Under the pieces are notes generated by a model. The model did no database searches. It had not been told where the DNA came from and saw nothing but the letters and a program-made list of their open reading frames with translations. DNA of 64,000 bases, from contig PXOU01000019.1 of the NCBI GenBank assembly GCA_003022365.1, forward strand, positions 4,157 to 68,156, given 5' to 3'. The translations under genes were made by a program, and so were the position numbers. The stretch comes from Candidatus Saccharibacteria bacterium QS_5_54_17 (GTDB lineage: Bacteria; Patescibacteriota; Saccharimonadia; QS-5-54-17). Below, piece after piece: positions 22,528 through 32,633 of the stretch. Position 1 is the first letter of the stretch. Each line of letters begins with the position of its first letter.

Positions 22528-23832
22528 ATGCAACACGGACGAATCAAGCAATTACTGACCAATCGGGACATCAGAAAACGTTTGCTCGGCGTATTCGGCA
22601 TTATCTTTTTGTTCCGGGTGCTTGCCCATATCCCGATTCCCATCGGTGACACCACCACGCTGCGGCAATTTCTGGAAGATATACTTTCTTCCAACCAGTT
22701 GTTTGGATTGGTCGATCTGTTCTCGGGCGGCGCGGTGGCCAATTTTTCCATCGCCATCATTGGATTGGCTCCTTTCATTAATGCCTCCATCATCATGCAA
22801 CTGTTGACCTACGCTTTACCGAAGTTTTCAGAACTCAAAAAAGAAGGGGAAGAGGGTCGGCGCAAGATCAACCAGTACACGCGGTATCTGACACTCCCCC
22901 TGGCGATAGGGCAATCAATCGGCACTATTTTCTTCATCAAACAGTTGGCGATACAGCAGACCCAGACCGACATCATTGGCGATCCGACACTGGCCGAATG
23001 GGCGATTATGGTCATCAGCATCACTGGCGGTAGTATGTTGCTGATGTGGTTGGGCGAGATCGCCACCGAGAAAGGAGTCGGCAATGGAATATCGATTTTG
23101 ATCGCCTCCAGTATCATCGCCCAACTGCCGAATATATTTGGTCAAGCAGTATCGCTTGCCCAAGCCAGTAGTCAACAAATGATGACCGTCATTCTTTTTG
23201 TGATCGGCGCCTTGATAGTCACCTACTTCATTGTCAAGTTGAACGAAGCCCAACGGACGGTACGAGTTTCCTACGCCAAACGTATGCAGGCCAGTGGATA
23301 TGGCGGCGTGGAATCAGAATTACCGATACGGGTTCTAACCGCCGGCGTAATTCCGATTATCTTTGCCATCGCTTTTATGTCGGTGCCCACCTTTGTGGGA
23401 CAGCTCTTTCAAAATGCTGATGCGGCCTGGTTGGCGGAATTCGCCACCAACCTAACGGTCTGGTTCAATCCCTCCAGCGCCATCTACGCGGTTGCCTATT
23501 TCGGGCTGGTCATCGCCTTCACCTACTTCTACACCGGCATTGCCTTCAATCCCAGCGATATCGCCGAGAACCTGCAGAAACAAGGGGGATTCATACCGGG
23601 TATTCGGCCCGGCAAGCAGACCGAAAACTACTTGCGGCGTATTGTAAATCGGATTACGCTATTCGGCTCCATCAGCCTCGGGTTTATCGCCGTACTTCCC
23701 TTTATCGGTGAACAGTTGACCGGAAGTTCGGTTTTGACCTTCGGTGGGACGGGACTGCTGATCGTTGTCAGCGTCGCCATCCAGACCATGCGGCAACTTG
23801 ATTCCCAGATTATCAGTGCCTCCTATGAGTAA
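22528..23832 (+). CDS. secY: preprotein translocase subunit SecY
   Basis: 434 aa, 10 TM, SecY family. Confidence 0.95.
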   Translation: MQHGRIKQLLTNRDIRKRLLGVFGIIFLFRVLAHIPIPIGDTTTLRQFLEDILSSNQLFGLVDLFSGGAVANFSIAIIGLAPFINASIIMQLLTYALPKFSELKKEGEEGRRKINQYTRYLTLPLAIGQSIGTIFFIKQLAIQQTQTDIIGDPTLAEWAIMVISITGGSMLLMWLGEIATEKGVGNGISILIASSIIAQLPNIFGQAVSLAQASSQQMMTVILFVIGALIVTYFIVKLNEAQRTVRVSYAKRMQASGYGGVESELPIRVLTAGVIPIIFAIAFMSVPTFVGQLFQNADAAWLAEFATNLTVWFNPSSAIYAVAYFGLVIAFTYFYTGIAFNPSDIAENLQKQGGFIPGIRPGKQTENYLRRIVNRITLFGSISLGFIAVLPFIGEQLTGSSVLTFGGTGLLIVVSVAIQTMRQLDSQIISASYE

Positions 23833-23894
23833 ACCCGAGAGAGCAGGAGCCAATGGAGTGGTCGATATATTATCCCGAAGGGTTTACAGGGGGG

Positions 23895-23923
23895 TTTACA
23901 GGAGTTGGGAAAGTGAGTATAAT
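23895..23923 (+). promoter_or_regulatory. candidate promoter TTTACA-17-TATAAT upstream of infA
   Basis: Hexamers at 23895-23900 and 23918-23923; adjacent direct repeat GGTTTACAGG x2. Confidence 0.5.
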
Positions 23924-23944
23924 CATGTACTGTAGTTTTTAGGT

Positions 23945-24166
23945 ATGGCTGGCAGTAAGGAAGTCATAGAGTTTGAGGGTACGGTACTCGAGACACTACC
24001 CAATGCGATGTTTCGGGTGCGGCTTGAGAACGGACATGAAATACTTGCCGTCATTGCTGGTAAGATGCGTATGCATTATATCAAAATCGTTCCCGGTGAT
24101 ACGGTCACCGTAGAGATGACACCGTATGACTTGTCAAAGGGACGAATTACCTATCGACATAAGTAA
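23945..24166 (+). CDS. infA: translation initiation factor IF-1
   Basis: S1-like IF1 sequence, 73 aa. Confidence 0.93.
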   Translation: MAGSKEVIEFEGTVLETLPNAMFRVRLENGHEILAVIAGKMRMHYIKIVPGDTVTVEMTPYDLSKGRITYRHK

Positions 24167-24176
24167 GGGTTGAGCT

Positions 24177-24290
24177 ATGAAGGTGCAAGCGAGCGTCAAA
24201 AAACGGTGTGTACGGTGCAAACTGATTCGTCGCAATGGGATTGTGCGGGTCATATGCTCCAACCCACGGCATAAGCAGAGGCAAGGCTAA
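24177..24290 (+). CDS. rpmJ: 50S ribosomal protein L36
   Basis: 37 aa [37 protein letters not shown]; below the ORF-track length cutoff, read from sequence. Confidence 0.85.
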   Translation: MKVQASVKKRCVRCKLIRRNGIVRVICSNPRHKQRQG

Positions 24291-24396
24291 TGCAGATCCC
24301 CCACGCAGCAAAGTCCAGAGGTGACGCGCCAAAGACTGATCTTTTGGTTTTCAGTTTGGCCGGTGATGTGTTCCACCCACCGAAAGGAGATGTCCG

Positions 24397-24765
24397 GTGG
24401 CGCGTGTAGCACGAGTTGACATTCCCGACAACAAGCGGGTCGCGGTTGCTTTGACCTACATCAAAGGAATCGGGGATACCAGCGCAGGAAACATCCTCAG
24501 GGAAGCCAGTGTTGACACCGACACCCGCGTCAAAGACCTGACCGAGACTGAGTTGAGCAGTATCCGCGATATCATTGAAAATCAATACATCGTGGAAGGT
24601 GATTTGTCCCAACGGATCCGCACCAATGTCAGCCGTTTACGGGAAATCAATAGTTACCGGGGGGTCCGGCACAAATCGGGCTTGCCGGTCCGCGGCCAAA
24701 AAACCCAGAAAAACACGCGCACCCGGAAGGGCCGGCAAAGATCAGCGGGAAGCATACAAAGGTAA
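24397..24765 (+). CDS. rpsM: 30S ribosomal protein S13
   Basis: GTG start; MARVARVDIP signature. Confidence 0.93.
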   Translation: MARVARVDIPDNKRVAVALTYIKGIGDTSAGNILREASVDTDTRVKDLTETELSSIRDIIENQYIVEGDLSQRIRTNVSRLREINSYRGVRHKSGLPVRGQKTQKNTRTRKGRQRSAGSIQR

Positions 24766-24794
24766 TCAGGGCGTAGAGGTAGAAGGCGAGATTT

Positions 24795-25187
24795 ATGGCA
24801 CAACAAACCAAATCCACCAGGAAAAAGAAGCAAAAGCGCACCGTTCCCAGCGGCCAGGTGCACATTCAGGCTACCTTTAATAATACCATCGTGACGTTCA
24901 CCGATGAGAACGGCAAAACGCTAGCGTGGTCCAGTGCCGGTTCCTCCGGCTTTAAAGGCTCCCGGAAGGGAACTGCCTATGCCGCCCAGGTGGCCAGTCA
25001 AAACGCGGCCGAAAAAGTCAAAGAACACAAAGTCAAACAAGTAGCCGTCTTCGTCAAAGGCATTGGGCAAGGGCGTGAAGCAGCCATCAGAGCCTTTATG
25101 AACACCAATATCGACGTCACCAGCATCAAAGATGTAACCGGGGTACCCCATAACGGGTGCCGGCCCCGAAAGCCACGGCGGATTTAA
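24795..25187 (+). CDS. rpsK: 30S ribosomal protein S11
   Basis: S11 family. Confidence 0.94.
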   Translation: MAQQTKSTRKKKQKRTVPSGQVHIQATFNNTIVTFTDENGKTLAWSSAGSSGFKGSRKGTAYAAQVASQNAAEKVKEHKVKQVAVFVKGIGQGREAAIRAFMNTNIDVTSIKDVTGVPHNGCRPRKPRRI

Positions 25188-25315
25188 GAGGATTTAATAT
25201 GACACACTCGACACGACACATGCCAAAAGAGAGTAACATTGCCATCCGCCAATGCATCAATCCGTTGGTTTGCCCGGGGCTGATGTGTTGGCCGGGTCGG
25301 AAGGGAGTATTTTAA

Positions 25316-25924
25316 ATGGCACGAGACCGGGAGCCGATAGTCAAGCAAAGTCGCCGTGAAGGGGCGGCATTGGAGCCGAAAGCCCACAAGGTCATGGTGC
25401 GGCGCAAGGCATTGCCGGGCGAACGAGCGGGAGCACGGCGGAGCAAGACCACCCAATACGGGCAACAATTGCGCCAAAAGCAAAAGGTTAAGCGTATGTA
25501 TGGGCTGCTGGAAAAACAGTTCCGCCGCCTGGTTGAAGAAGCTGAGCGGCAGCACGGCATTACCGGCGAGATTCTATTGCAACTGTTGGAGCGCCGGTTG
25601 GACAATGTGGTATATCGGCTGCAATTGGCTTCCAGCCGGAGAGCAGCCCGGCAACTGGTCACTCATGGCCATATTATGTTGAATGGTCGACGGGTTGACG
25701 TGCCATCTATACGGGTTACGGTTGGTGATGAAATCACCATTCGGCCCAAAAGCGCTAAAAACGCCTATTTCCAATCCCTGGACATCGATCAGGATGTGGA
25801 TTTAAGCTGGTTGTCATTCGATCCAACCAAGTTGCGCGCCAAAGTTACGGGGCTGCCGCGCCGTGATGAGGCGGAGCCAGGCATTAGTGAACAATTAATA
25901 ATTGAATTTTACTCAAGACAATAG
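25316..25924 (+). CDS. rpsD: 30S ribosomal protein S4
   Basis: S4 family, 202 aa. Confidence 0.93.
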   Translation: MARDREPIVKQSRREGAALEPKAHKVMVRRKALPGERAGARRSKTTQYGQQLRQKQKVKRMYGLLEKQFRRLVEEAERQHGITGEILLQLLERRLDNVVYRLQLASSRRAARQLVTHGHIMLNGRRVDVPSIRVTVGDEITIRPKSAKNAYFQSLDIDQDVDLSWLSFDPTKLRAKVTGLPRRDEAEPGISEQLIIEFYSRQ

Positions 25925-25934
25925 GAGACGCATT

Positions 25935-26840
25935 ATGTACGCCATTCATTTGCCAGAAATCAGTAAAAGTGATGAAAACGCCACGCAGGGGACTTTTGTA
26001 GTCGAGCCGCTGCACCGGGGATATGGGGTTACGCTGGGTAACTCCATGCGGCGGGTGTTGCTATCTTCTTTGGCCGGTGGTGCGGTAACCGCCTTCAGCG
26101 TGGAAGGTGCCAGCCATGAATTTACCAACCTGGAAGGCGTTAAAGAAGATGTGGTCCAAATTACCCTCAATCTCAAGCGTCTGCGGTTCCGTGTCTACAG
26201 CGATGAACCACAGACAGTTAGGCTGAAGAAAAAAGGCAAAGGGGAAGTGACCGGTGCGGATATCTCCGGCTCTGCTGATGTGGAAGTTGCCAACCCGGAC
26301 CAGGTGATCGCCACGCTGGATAATGACAAGACTGAACTGAATATGACCTTACAGGTAGAGAAGGGGCGGGGTTACGTACCGGTGGATGAACGGCATGAAC
26401 AGTTGCCGGTGGGCATGATTGCCATCGACGCACTGTTTTCGCCGGTGGATCGGGTCCGCTACAAGGTAGAAAATACCCGCGTCGGCCAAATTACTGACTT
26501 GGATCGCCTGTCACTGGACATTATCACCGACGGCACGATTACCCCCAGCCAGGCCATGCAACAGGCAGCCGATATACTCGTCAACCAGTTCAGCGTATTA
26601 GCTGGAACGGAAGGCAGCGGGGCGGTCGAACCTTCTTGGGAAGATGGCGATGAGCTGGCTGTCAGCATTGAAGATCTCCAGCTGTCTTCCCGGACCACCA
26701 ATGCCTTACAGAAAAACGAAATCACCACGGTCAAGGATTTGGTCCAACTGAACGAGTCGGAGCTGAAAGGCCTGCAAGGATTCGGTGACAAAGCTTACGA
26801 AGAGGTTGCATCTAAACTGAAAGAGCTGGAGTTGCAGTAA
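25935..26840 (+). CDS. rpoA: DNA-directed RNA polymerase alpha subunit
   Basis: RpoA N- and C-terminal domains; ATG 25935 with aggag SD (ORF track start 25902 would overlap rpsD). Confidence 0.93.
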   Translation: MYAIHLPEISKSDENATQGTFVVEPLHRGYGVTLGNSMRRVLLSSLAGGAVTAFSVEGASHEFTNLEGVKEDVVQITLNLKRLRFRVYSDEPQTVRLKKKGKGEVTGADISGSADVEVANPDQVIATLDNDKTELNMTLQVEKGRGYVPVDERHEQLPVGMIAIDALFSPVDRVRYKVENTRVGQITDLDRLSLDIITDGTITPSQAMQQAADILVNQFSVLAGTEGSGAVEPSWEDGDELAVSIEDLQLSSRTTNALQKNEITTVKDLVQLNESELKGLQGFGDKAYEEVASKLKELELQ

Positions 26841-27274
26841 TGGCGAGCAGAGCCAAGACGGCCAAGCTATCCAGGCAACGGAATAAGCGGAATGCGCTGC
26901 TGCGCGGGCTATCGGAGTCGTTAATTTTACAGGAAAGCATCGTCACGACTGATGCCAAGGCTCGCAGCCTCCGTCCCCACATTGAAAAAATGGTTACCAA
27001 AGCCAAGGATGACTCCCGCGCTCGCCGCCGGCTAATTCGGAGCCGGCTTAACACCGATGAAGCCAGCGATAAGCTGTTTACCGATATCGCCCCGCGTTTT
27101 CGGAGGCGCCCCGGCGGATACACCCGCTTATCTCGAGCCGGCTTCCGGCGAGGTGATAATGCCCCCCTCACACGCATTAGCTTCGTGGAAGAACATGCCC
27201 AGCAATCAGACTCCTCTTCACGGCCAACTACACCCCAAGCGCAGCTGGAAACAGCCGAAGGAGAGCAGGCGTGA
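26840..27274 (+). CDS. rplQ: 50S ribosomal protein L17
   Basis: L17 family. Confidence 0.9.
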   Translation: MASRAKTAKLSRQRNKRNALLRGLSESLILQESIVTTDAKARSLRPHIEKMVTKAKDDSRARRRLIRSRLNTDEASDKLFTDIAPRFRRRPGGYTRLSRAGFRRGDNAPLTRISFVEEHAQQSDSSSRPTTPQAQLETAEGEQA

Positions 27275-27699
27275 GTACCTATAACCAGAAACCGGCCGAG
27301 GTCACCCGGAATTGGTATATCGTTGACGCCACCAGCGTTCCGTTGGGCCGGCTGGCCACCATCACCGCCGAAAAGTTAACCGGCAAACATAAACCGACCT
27401 ATACGCCGCACGTGGATGGCGGCGACGGTGTCATCGTGATTAATGCCAGCAAAGTGAAGGTAACGGGTAACAAGTACACCGATAAGATGTATTATCGCCA
27501 TTCGGGTTATCCGGGCGGTTTGAAAACCAAAAACTTCCAGCAAGAGATCACCCAACACCCCCAACGGGTTATCTCCCGGGCGGTGGCGGGTATGCTGCCG
27601 GATAATAAATTACGTGATCGGCGCCTGAAGCGATTAAAGGTGTATAAAGGTGAAGAACACCCCCATAGCGGGCAACAACCAGTGGAGCTGAACATATGA
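27271..27699 (+). CDS. rplM: 50S ribosomal protein L13
   Basis: GTG start; L13 family. Confidence 0.93.
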   Translation: MSTYNQKPAEVTRNWYIVDATSVPLGRLATITAEKLTGKHKPTYTPHVDGGDGVIVINASKVKVTGNKYTDKMYYRHSGYPGGLKTKNFQQEITQHPQRVISRAVAGMLPDNKLRDRRLKRLKVYKGEEHPHSGQQPVELNI

Positions 27700-27819
27700 A
27701 TGCCTCGGTTACCGGAGATTTCTTAGTGACAGGGTATCTAACTGCCGCATCTAGCGCGGGAATCCCCGGTGGATGGGGAAAACGGTCAATATATGGTAGC
27801 GGATTGAAGGGAGTCAACT

Positions 27820-28227
27820 GTGGCTGAAGACGCGCAATATTACTACGGAGTTGGGCGACGGAAAGAATCGGTCGTAACGGCACGGATTTACGCTGACAGT
27901 GGTCGCCAGGCGGCCGTTACCGTCAACGACAAACCGCTGGAGGAATACTTTCTCTCCCCGGAGCAGCAAAGACGGGCCAAAGCACCGCTCAGACTACTGG
28001 ATAAGGACAACCAGTATCGGATTACGCTCCATGCTCGTGGCGGCGGTCTGAGCGGACAAGCTGACGCGGCCTTATTGGCCATCGCCAATGCCTTGGTGGC
28101 CATGGATCCGCAGCTACGTGCCACGCTTAAGCGGGCCGGCTACATCAAGCGTGACGCCCGCGTCAAAGAACGCAAGAAGTACGGCCTCAAGCGCGCCCGG
28201 AAAGCGCCCCAATACACCAAGCGCTAA
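27820..28227 (+). CDS. rpsI: 30S ribosomal protein S9
   Basis: GTG start; C-terminal ...KRARKAPQYTKR. Confidence 0.93.
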   Translation: MAEDAQYYYGVGRRKESVVTARIYADSGRQAAVTVNDKPLEEYFLSPEQQRRAKAPLRLLDKDNQYRITLHARGGGLSGQADAALLAIANALVAMDPQLRATLKRAGYIKRDARVKERKKYGLKRARKAPQYTKR

Positions 28228-28405
28228 AACCAGGCAGGGTATGCGCCCACAACTCCCATATACGCCTCACGTGCGGTTGCCTGCCTTATCAACCTGTTTC
28301 ACAGGCCGTTTATCCTCAGGGATGGGGAGTTGGCATTACCCCGGGGAAGACGGGGTTAATCAATTAAATGAGAATCTTAGGTAGTAAAATAGGCTCGGAG
28401 GTTAC

Positions 28406-29086
28406 ATGTTGGGGGAAAAGCAGCAAATTGCCATCCTGAGCCAAGACGGGTATCTGTTGGTTATTGATAAACCGGCAGGTATCGCCATGCATCCTGGCAA
28501 TGGATCCGGGGATGAGGAAACCGTAGTGGATCACCTCGGCAGCGAGGTCAGTGACTGGGATAGCCAGCGGCCGGGTATCGTCCACCGGCTGGATAAACAT
28601 ACCTCCGGTGTCGTGGTAATAGCCAAAGACGCCGGGACCAAAGCATTGCTGCAGCGGCAATTTAAATCACGCCAGGTCGAAAAACACTACATTGCCGGCG
28701 TGCAGGGAATTCCTGACCGAGAACGGGCCAGGATTGAGGTACCGATCGGCGCCCGGCCCAAAAATCCGCTCAAACGCGCGGTCCGTCCAGACGGGAAACC
28801 AGCGGTTACCCAATACCACCTCACCCACCAAGCCGAGGACTGGAGCTTGCTTGATGTATATCCGTTGACGGGGCGTACACACCAGATACGGGTTCATCTC
28901 AGCTATATCGGCCATCCGGTGCTCGGGGATAGTGTCTACGGGGTTTCATGTCCGGGGTTGGCTCAGCATTTCCTGCATGCCAAGGAACTCACCATCCTGC
29001 ATCCGGCCACGCAGCAGCCCGTTACCTATACGGCGCAACTTCCCCCAGAGTTAGACAAGAAAATAGCCCGATTGAATAGTGGGTGA
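28406..29086 (+). CDS. RluA-family pseudouridine synthase (no S4 domain)
   Basis: HRLDKHTSGVVVIAK catalytic motif; GGAGG SD. Confidence 0.8.
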   Translation: MLGEKQQIAILSQDGYLLVIDKPAGIAMHPGNGSGDEETVVDHLGSEVSDWDSQRPGIVHRLDKHTSGVVVIAKDAGTKALLQRQFKSRQVEKHYIAGVQGIPDRERARIEVPIGARPKNPLKRAVRPDGKPAVTQYHLTHQAEDWSLLDVYPLTGRTHQIRVHLSYIGHPVLGDSVYGVSCPGLAQHFLHAKELTILHPATQQPVTYTAQLPPELDKKIARLNSG

Positions 29087-29158
29087 TCGGGCGACCATTC
29101 ACCTCACCCCCCGGTAATGGCTCTATAACCAGATTCGGGAAACATATATACTAGGTAT

Positions 29159-30253
29159 ATGCAGAAACGATTTGACTGGACATTACTGGCCGCCACGATT
29201 CTATTGGTAACCTTGGGGCTGATTATACTTTATGCTATTAACTTTCGTGATCCGGGTTTGGCCGGGGAATTCAATCCCACCCACCAACTGATGGCGGCCA
29301 TTTTGGGGTTGGTGGTACTGATTGCCACCTCCCGGATAGATTATCGGTTTTGGTTCAAAGCCGCACCTATATGGTATATCGTCAGCGGGCTTTTGCTGGT
29401 GCTGCTACTGGCGGTGGGTGAAACGGTTGCCGGCTCCACCAGAAGCATCGATTTGATGTTTATTGAATTCCAGCCCACCGAGTTAGCCAAACTGGGGCTT
29501 ATATTCCTGTTGGCCCGGTGGTACACCATTCGGGCGCGGGAGTTACGCCATCCATGGTATGTGTTTTTCTCGCTGGTGGCGGCCGGGTTGATAGCCGGGC
29601 TGATCGTCGCCCAACCTGATATCGGTTCAGCGGTTTTGATCGGCGGCATTTGGTTTGTTATGACGCTAGCCAGCAATGTCCGTAAGGTCTACCTGGCAGT
29701 CTTAATCGTGGGCGTATTACTCGTCTCACCGTTCGTGATTCAGCAGCTGCAACCTTACCAGCAAGAGCGTCTGCAAACCTTTTTCCAACCTGAGTCCGGC
29801 CCTCAAGACGGTGGGTATAATGTCAACCAATCGACGATCGCGGTCGGCAGCGGCCAGATTTTCGGCCGGGGACTGGGCGGCGGCACCCAAAGCCAGCTTA
29901 ACTTTTTACCGTCGCAACATACTGATTTTATATTCGCGGTGATTGCCGAAAAGTTGGGGCTCCTGGGGGCGACTTTGGTAATCGCGGTATTCGCGGTGTT
30001 GTTGTTCCGCGGATTTTATATCGCCCTTCATGCCAAGGACACCTTCGGATCGTTACTGGCCACCGGTCTGACCACCTTATTACTGTTTCACGTCGTCATA
30101 GCCATAGGCATGAATCTCGGCGTGGCACCGGTGACCGGTTTGCCGTTGCCGTTTATCTCCTATGGCGGAACCAATTTAATCATCAGTCTGTTGGCAATCG
30201 GCATTCTCCAGAGCATCTCCATTCACAAACGAGGACTGGAATTCAAAACCTAA
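29159..30253 (+). CDS. SEDS-family peptidoglycan glycosyltransferase (FtsW/RodA-like)
   Basis: 10-TM SEDS family sequence; TATACT 7 nt upstream of ATG, no SD. Confidence 0.85.
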   Translation: MQKRFDWTLLAATILLVTLGLIILYAINFRDPGLAGEFNPTHQLMAAILGLVVLIATSRIDYRFWFKAAPIWYIVSGLLLVLLLAVGETVAGSTRSIDLMFIEFQPTELAKLGLIFLLARWYTIRARELRHPWYVFFSLVAAGLIAGLIVAQPDIGSAVLIGGIWFVMTLASNVRKVYLAVLIVGVLLVSPFVIQQLQPYQQERLQTFFQPESGPQDGGYNVNQSTIAVGSGQIFGRGLGGGTQSQLNFLPSQHTDFIFAVIAEKLGLLGATLVIAVFAVLLFRGFYIALHAKDTFGSLLATGLTTLLLFHVVIAIGMNLGVAPVTGLPLPFISYGGTNLIISLLAIGILQSISIHKRGLEFKT

Positions 30254-30399
30254 ATAAAAATCCCGGGCATTTCCGCCTGGATGACGTCTCAATCTGGGAG
30301 CATGTCCGTGATTATACCCCGTGGAATTCTACCACCTTCACGCCACCTAGTTTAGCTCATAAACTTTGTCTATAATCAACTACCAATATCCAAATCGTC

Positions 30400-30429
30400 T
30401 TTACAAACTAAGCTTGTAGCTGGTATCAT
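30400..30429 (+). promoter_or_regulatory. candidate promoter TTTACA-18-TATCAT upstream of rplU
   Basis: Hexamers read from sequence; AAGGAG SD follows. Confidence 0.45.
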
Positions 30430-30457
30430 TGCGGTAATTCCAAGGAGTAATCAGGGA

Positions 30458-30865
30458 ATGAAGCAGGCAGTAATACAGACTGGCGGCCAACAGTATATTG
30501 TGCAAAAAGACCAGGAGCTTATGGTCGATTTGGTTGGCAGCAAGAAACAGATAACCTTTCAGCCGCTTTTGGTGTTTGACGAGGAGAGCGCGGATGTCGG
30601 CACCCCGCAGGTGGGGGGCACCAAGGTGACTGCCAAGGTGGTCGACCACGACGTGGCAGGTCCAAAAATCATTGCTACCCGCTATAAGCCCAAAAAACGG
30701 GTCCATAAGCGAAAAGGCCACCGGCAACATTACAGCCGCATCAAGATTACCGGCATCACCAAAAACAACCAAACTGCCAGTTCCAATAAAAAGACTTCCA
30801 GTGCTAAGAAACAGCAAGCCGGCAACTCGACTTCCACACAAGCCAAACAAGCCCCGAGTGCCTAA
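30458..30865 (+). CDS. rplU: 50S ribosomal protein L21 with about 35-aa Lys/Ser-rich C-terminal extension
   Basis: L21 family N-terminal 100 aa; no rpmA downstream. Confidence 0.9.
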   Translation: MKQAVIQTGGQQYIVQKDQELMVDLVGSKKQITFQPLLVFDEESADVGTPQVGGTKVTAKVVDHDVAGPKIIATRYKPKKRVHKRKGHRQHYSRIKITGITKNNQTASSNKKTSSAKKQQAGNSTSTQAKQAPSA

Positions 30866-30974
30866 ACCAATTCCAGATTATCCGGCCCACCGGTAGCGAA
30901 AGTCCCCCGCGTTCGTTTTTTCTAGCCGGGTATGATACGATTGATTTGGTATACACAAAGGTAGCCAAACAAAC

Positions 30975-31736
30975 ATGCCAGGGTCTATTATTGCCATCGC
31001 CAACCAAAAAGGAGGGGTGGGGAAAACTACAACCGCCATCAATACCGCCGCCTATCTCGCCGAAGACGGGGCGTCGGTTTTGATCGTTGATCTCGATCCG
31101 CAAGCCAACACCACCAGTGGGCTGGGGATCGATAAGCACAGTCTCTCCCAGGACATCTACCACGCCCTCTACGACGAGACTTTGGTTTCTACGCTCCTTC
31201 ATCAAACCCCTCACGGGATTAGTCTGCTCCCGGCCAGCCCGGTATTAGCCGCGGCGGAAGTAGAACTGGTCGATATCGCCGAACGTGAACGCCGGCTCCG
31301 CAAAGTACTCCAGCAGTTAGATTTTGATTATATACTGATCGACTGCCCGCCCAGCCTGGGACTGTTAACCGTCAACGCTTTGGCTGCTTCGGATTATGTC
31401 ATCATTCCGGTCCAAACCGAATATTACGCCTTGGAAGGATTGGGGCAGTTACTGCACACTATCGACCTGGTAAAGCAGGGTTTGAACCCCGAACTGGAGA
31501 TATTAGGGGTGGTGATGACCATGCACAGCAGTCGTACGGTGCTTTCGAACCAGGTGCGTGAAGAAGTTAAAAAACATTTTCCGGACAAGGTATTCGAGGG
31601 GGTGATTCCGCGGAATATCCGGGTAGCCGAGGCTCCCAGTTTTGGACAGCCGCTCCATGTCTATGACAAACGAAGCAAAGGAGCCAAAGCATATAAACGA
31701 TTGGCAAAGGAGGTAGCAGGCCGTGTCAAAAAATAA
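30975..31736 (+). CDS. parA: chromosome partitioning ATPase ParA/Soj
   Basis: Deviant Walker A KGGVGKTT. Confidence 0.9.
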   Translation: MPGSIIAIANQKGGVGKTTTAINTAAYLAEDGASVLIVDLDPQANTTSGLGIDKHSLSQDIYHALYDETLVSTLLHQTPHGISLLPASPVLAAAEVELVDIAERERRLRKVLQQLDFDYILIDCPPSLGLLTVNALAASDYVIIPVQTEYYALEGLGQLLHTIDLVKQGLNPELEILGVVMTMHSSRTVLSNQVREEVKKHFPDKVFEGVIPRNIRVAEAPSFGQPLHVYDKRSKGAKAYKRLAKEVAGRVKK

Positions 31737-32574
31737 AGGATTGGGGCGGGGGTTCGATTCTCTGATACCGACTGAAGTAGAACAGGAATTTGATCCGGCT
31801 CCCGCCGAGACGGATGATATCGACCGCATCGACGTCAACTCCATCGATCCTAACCCGCATCAACCCCGGGATGGGTTTAATCAAAAGGAACTCGAGGCGC
31901 TGGCGGATTCCATTGGGGAACACGGCATCCTGCAACCGCTGGTCGTCCAAGCCGTGGATGGGCGTTATCAATTAATTGCCGGCGAACGCCGTCTGCGGGC
32001 TGCCGAATCTATCGGGCTGGAAACCGTACCGGCCATCATACGGAGTTTCGACGAACAACAATCGCTCGAGCTGTCCTTGATCGAAAACATCCAACGCGAA
32101 CAACTCAACGCCATAGAAACGGCCGCGGCCTATCAGAAACTGCTGGATCAATTCAATCTGACTAGTGCCGATATAGCCAAACGGGTCGGCCGGGATGAGA
32201 CGACGGTCAAAAACACGCTCCGGCTGCTTAGATTACCCACCGACGCCAAGCATGCGCTGGTAGCTGGGAGCATCAGTGAGGGGCATGCCCGTGCCATTTT
32301 GAGCATTAGCAATGGGGAGCAGCAGGCGGAACTGTTGCGCAATATCATCCACAACGAATGGACGGTTCGCCGGGCTGAAGAATTTGCTCGTGACGTCAGA
32401 GCTAAGCGCAGCGCCCCCTCCCAAGTCACTTCAGAAACGGAAGCTACCAAACAACTGGGCGCCAAGCTGGATACCAAAGTCCAGTTGCAGCGTCGGGCCC
32501 ATGGGGGGCGCGTCATGATCCACTACCAGGATGATGAAGATTTACAGCGGATTCTCGATCGCTTGTCCGGGTAG
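31723..32574 (+). CDS. parB: chromosome partitioning protein ParB/Spo0J
   Basis: GTG start; ParB box GERRLRAA; HTH. Confidence 0.9.
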   Translation: MSKNKGLGRGFDSLIPTEVEQEFDPAPAETDDIDRIDVNSIDPNPHQPRDGFNQKELEALADSIGEHGILQPLVVQAVDGRYQLIAGERRLRAAESIGLETVPAIIRSFDEQQSLELSLIENIQREQLNAIETAAAYQKLLDQFNLTSADIAKRVGRDETTVKNTLRLLRLPTDAKHALVAGSISEGHARAILSISNGEQQAELLRNIIHNEWTVRRAEEFARDVRAKRSAPSQVTSETEATKQLGAKLDTKVQLQRRAHGGRVMIHYQDDEDLQRILDRLSG

Positions 32575-32633
32575 CAACATCGGCAAGTCGATATACAGAT
32601 TGCGCGAGGGGTAAGTATCGAAAAGGTTGCTGG

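Noticed and set aside
25902-25934. Upstream extension of rpoA from the ORF-track start
   Set aside because: It would overlap the rpsD 3' end. A good SD (AGGAG) precedes ATG 25935, and homology begins at MYAIHLPEI.
28280-28300. parS-like half sites (TGTTTCAC at 28287..28297 and 30044..30054)
   Set aside because: No full 16-bp palindrome. The second lies inside the SEDS coding region.
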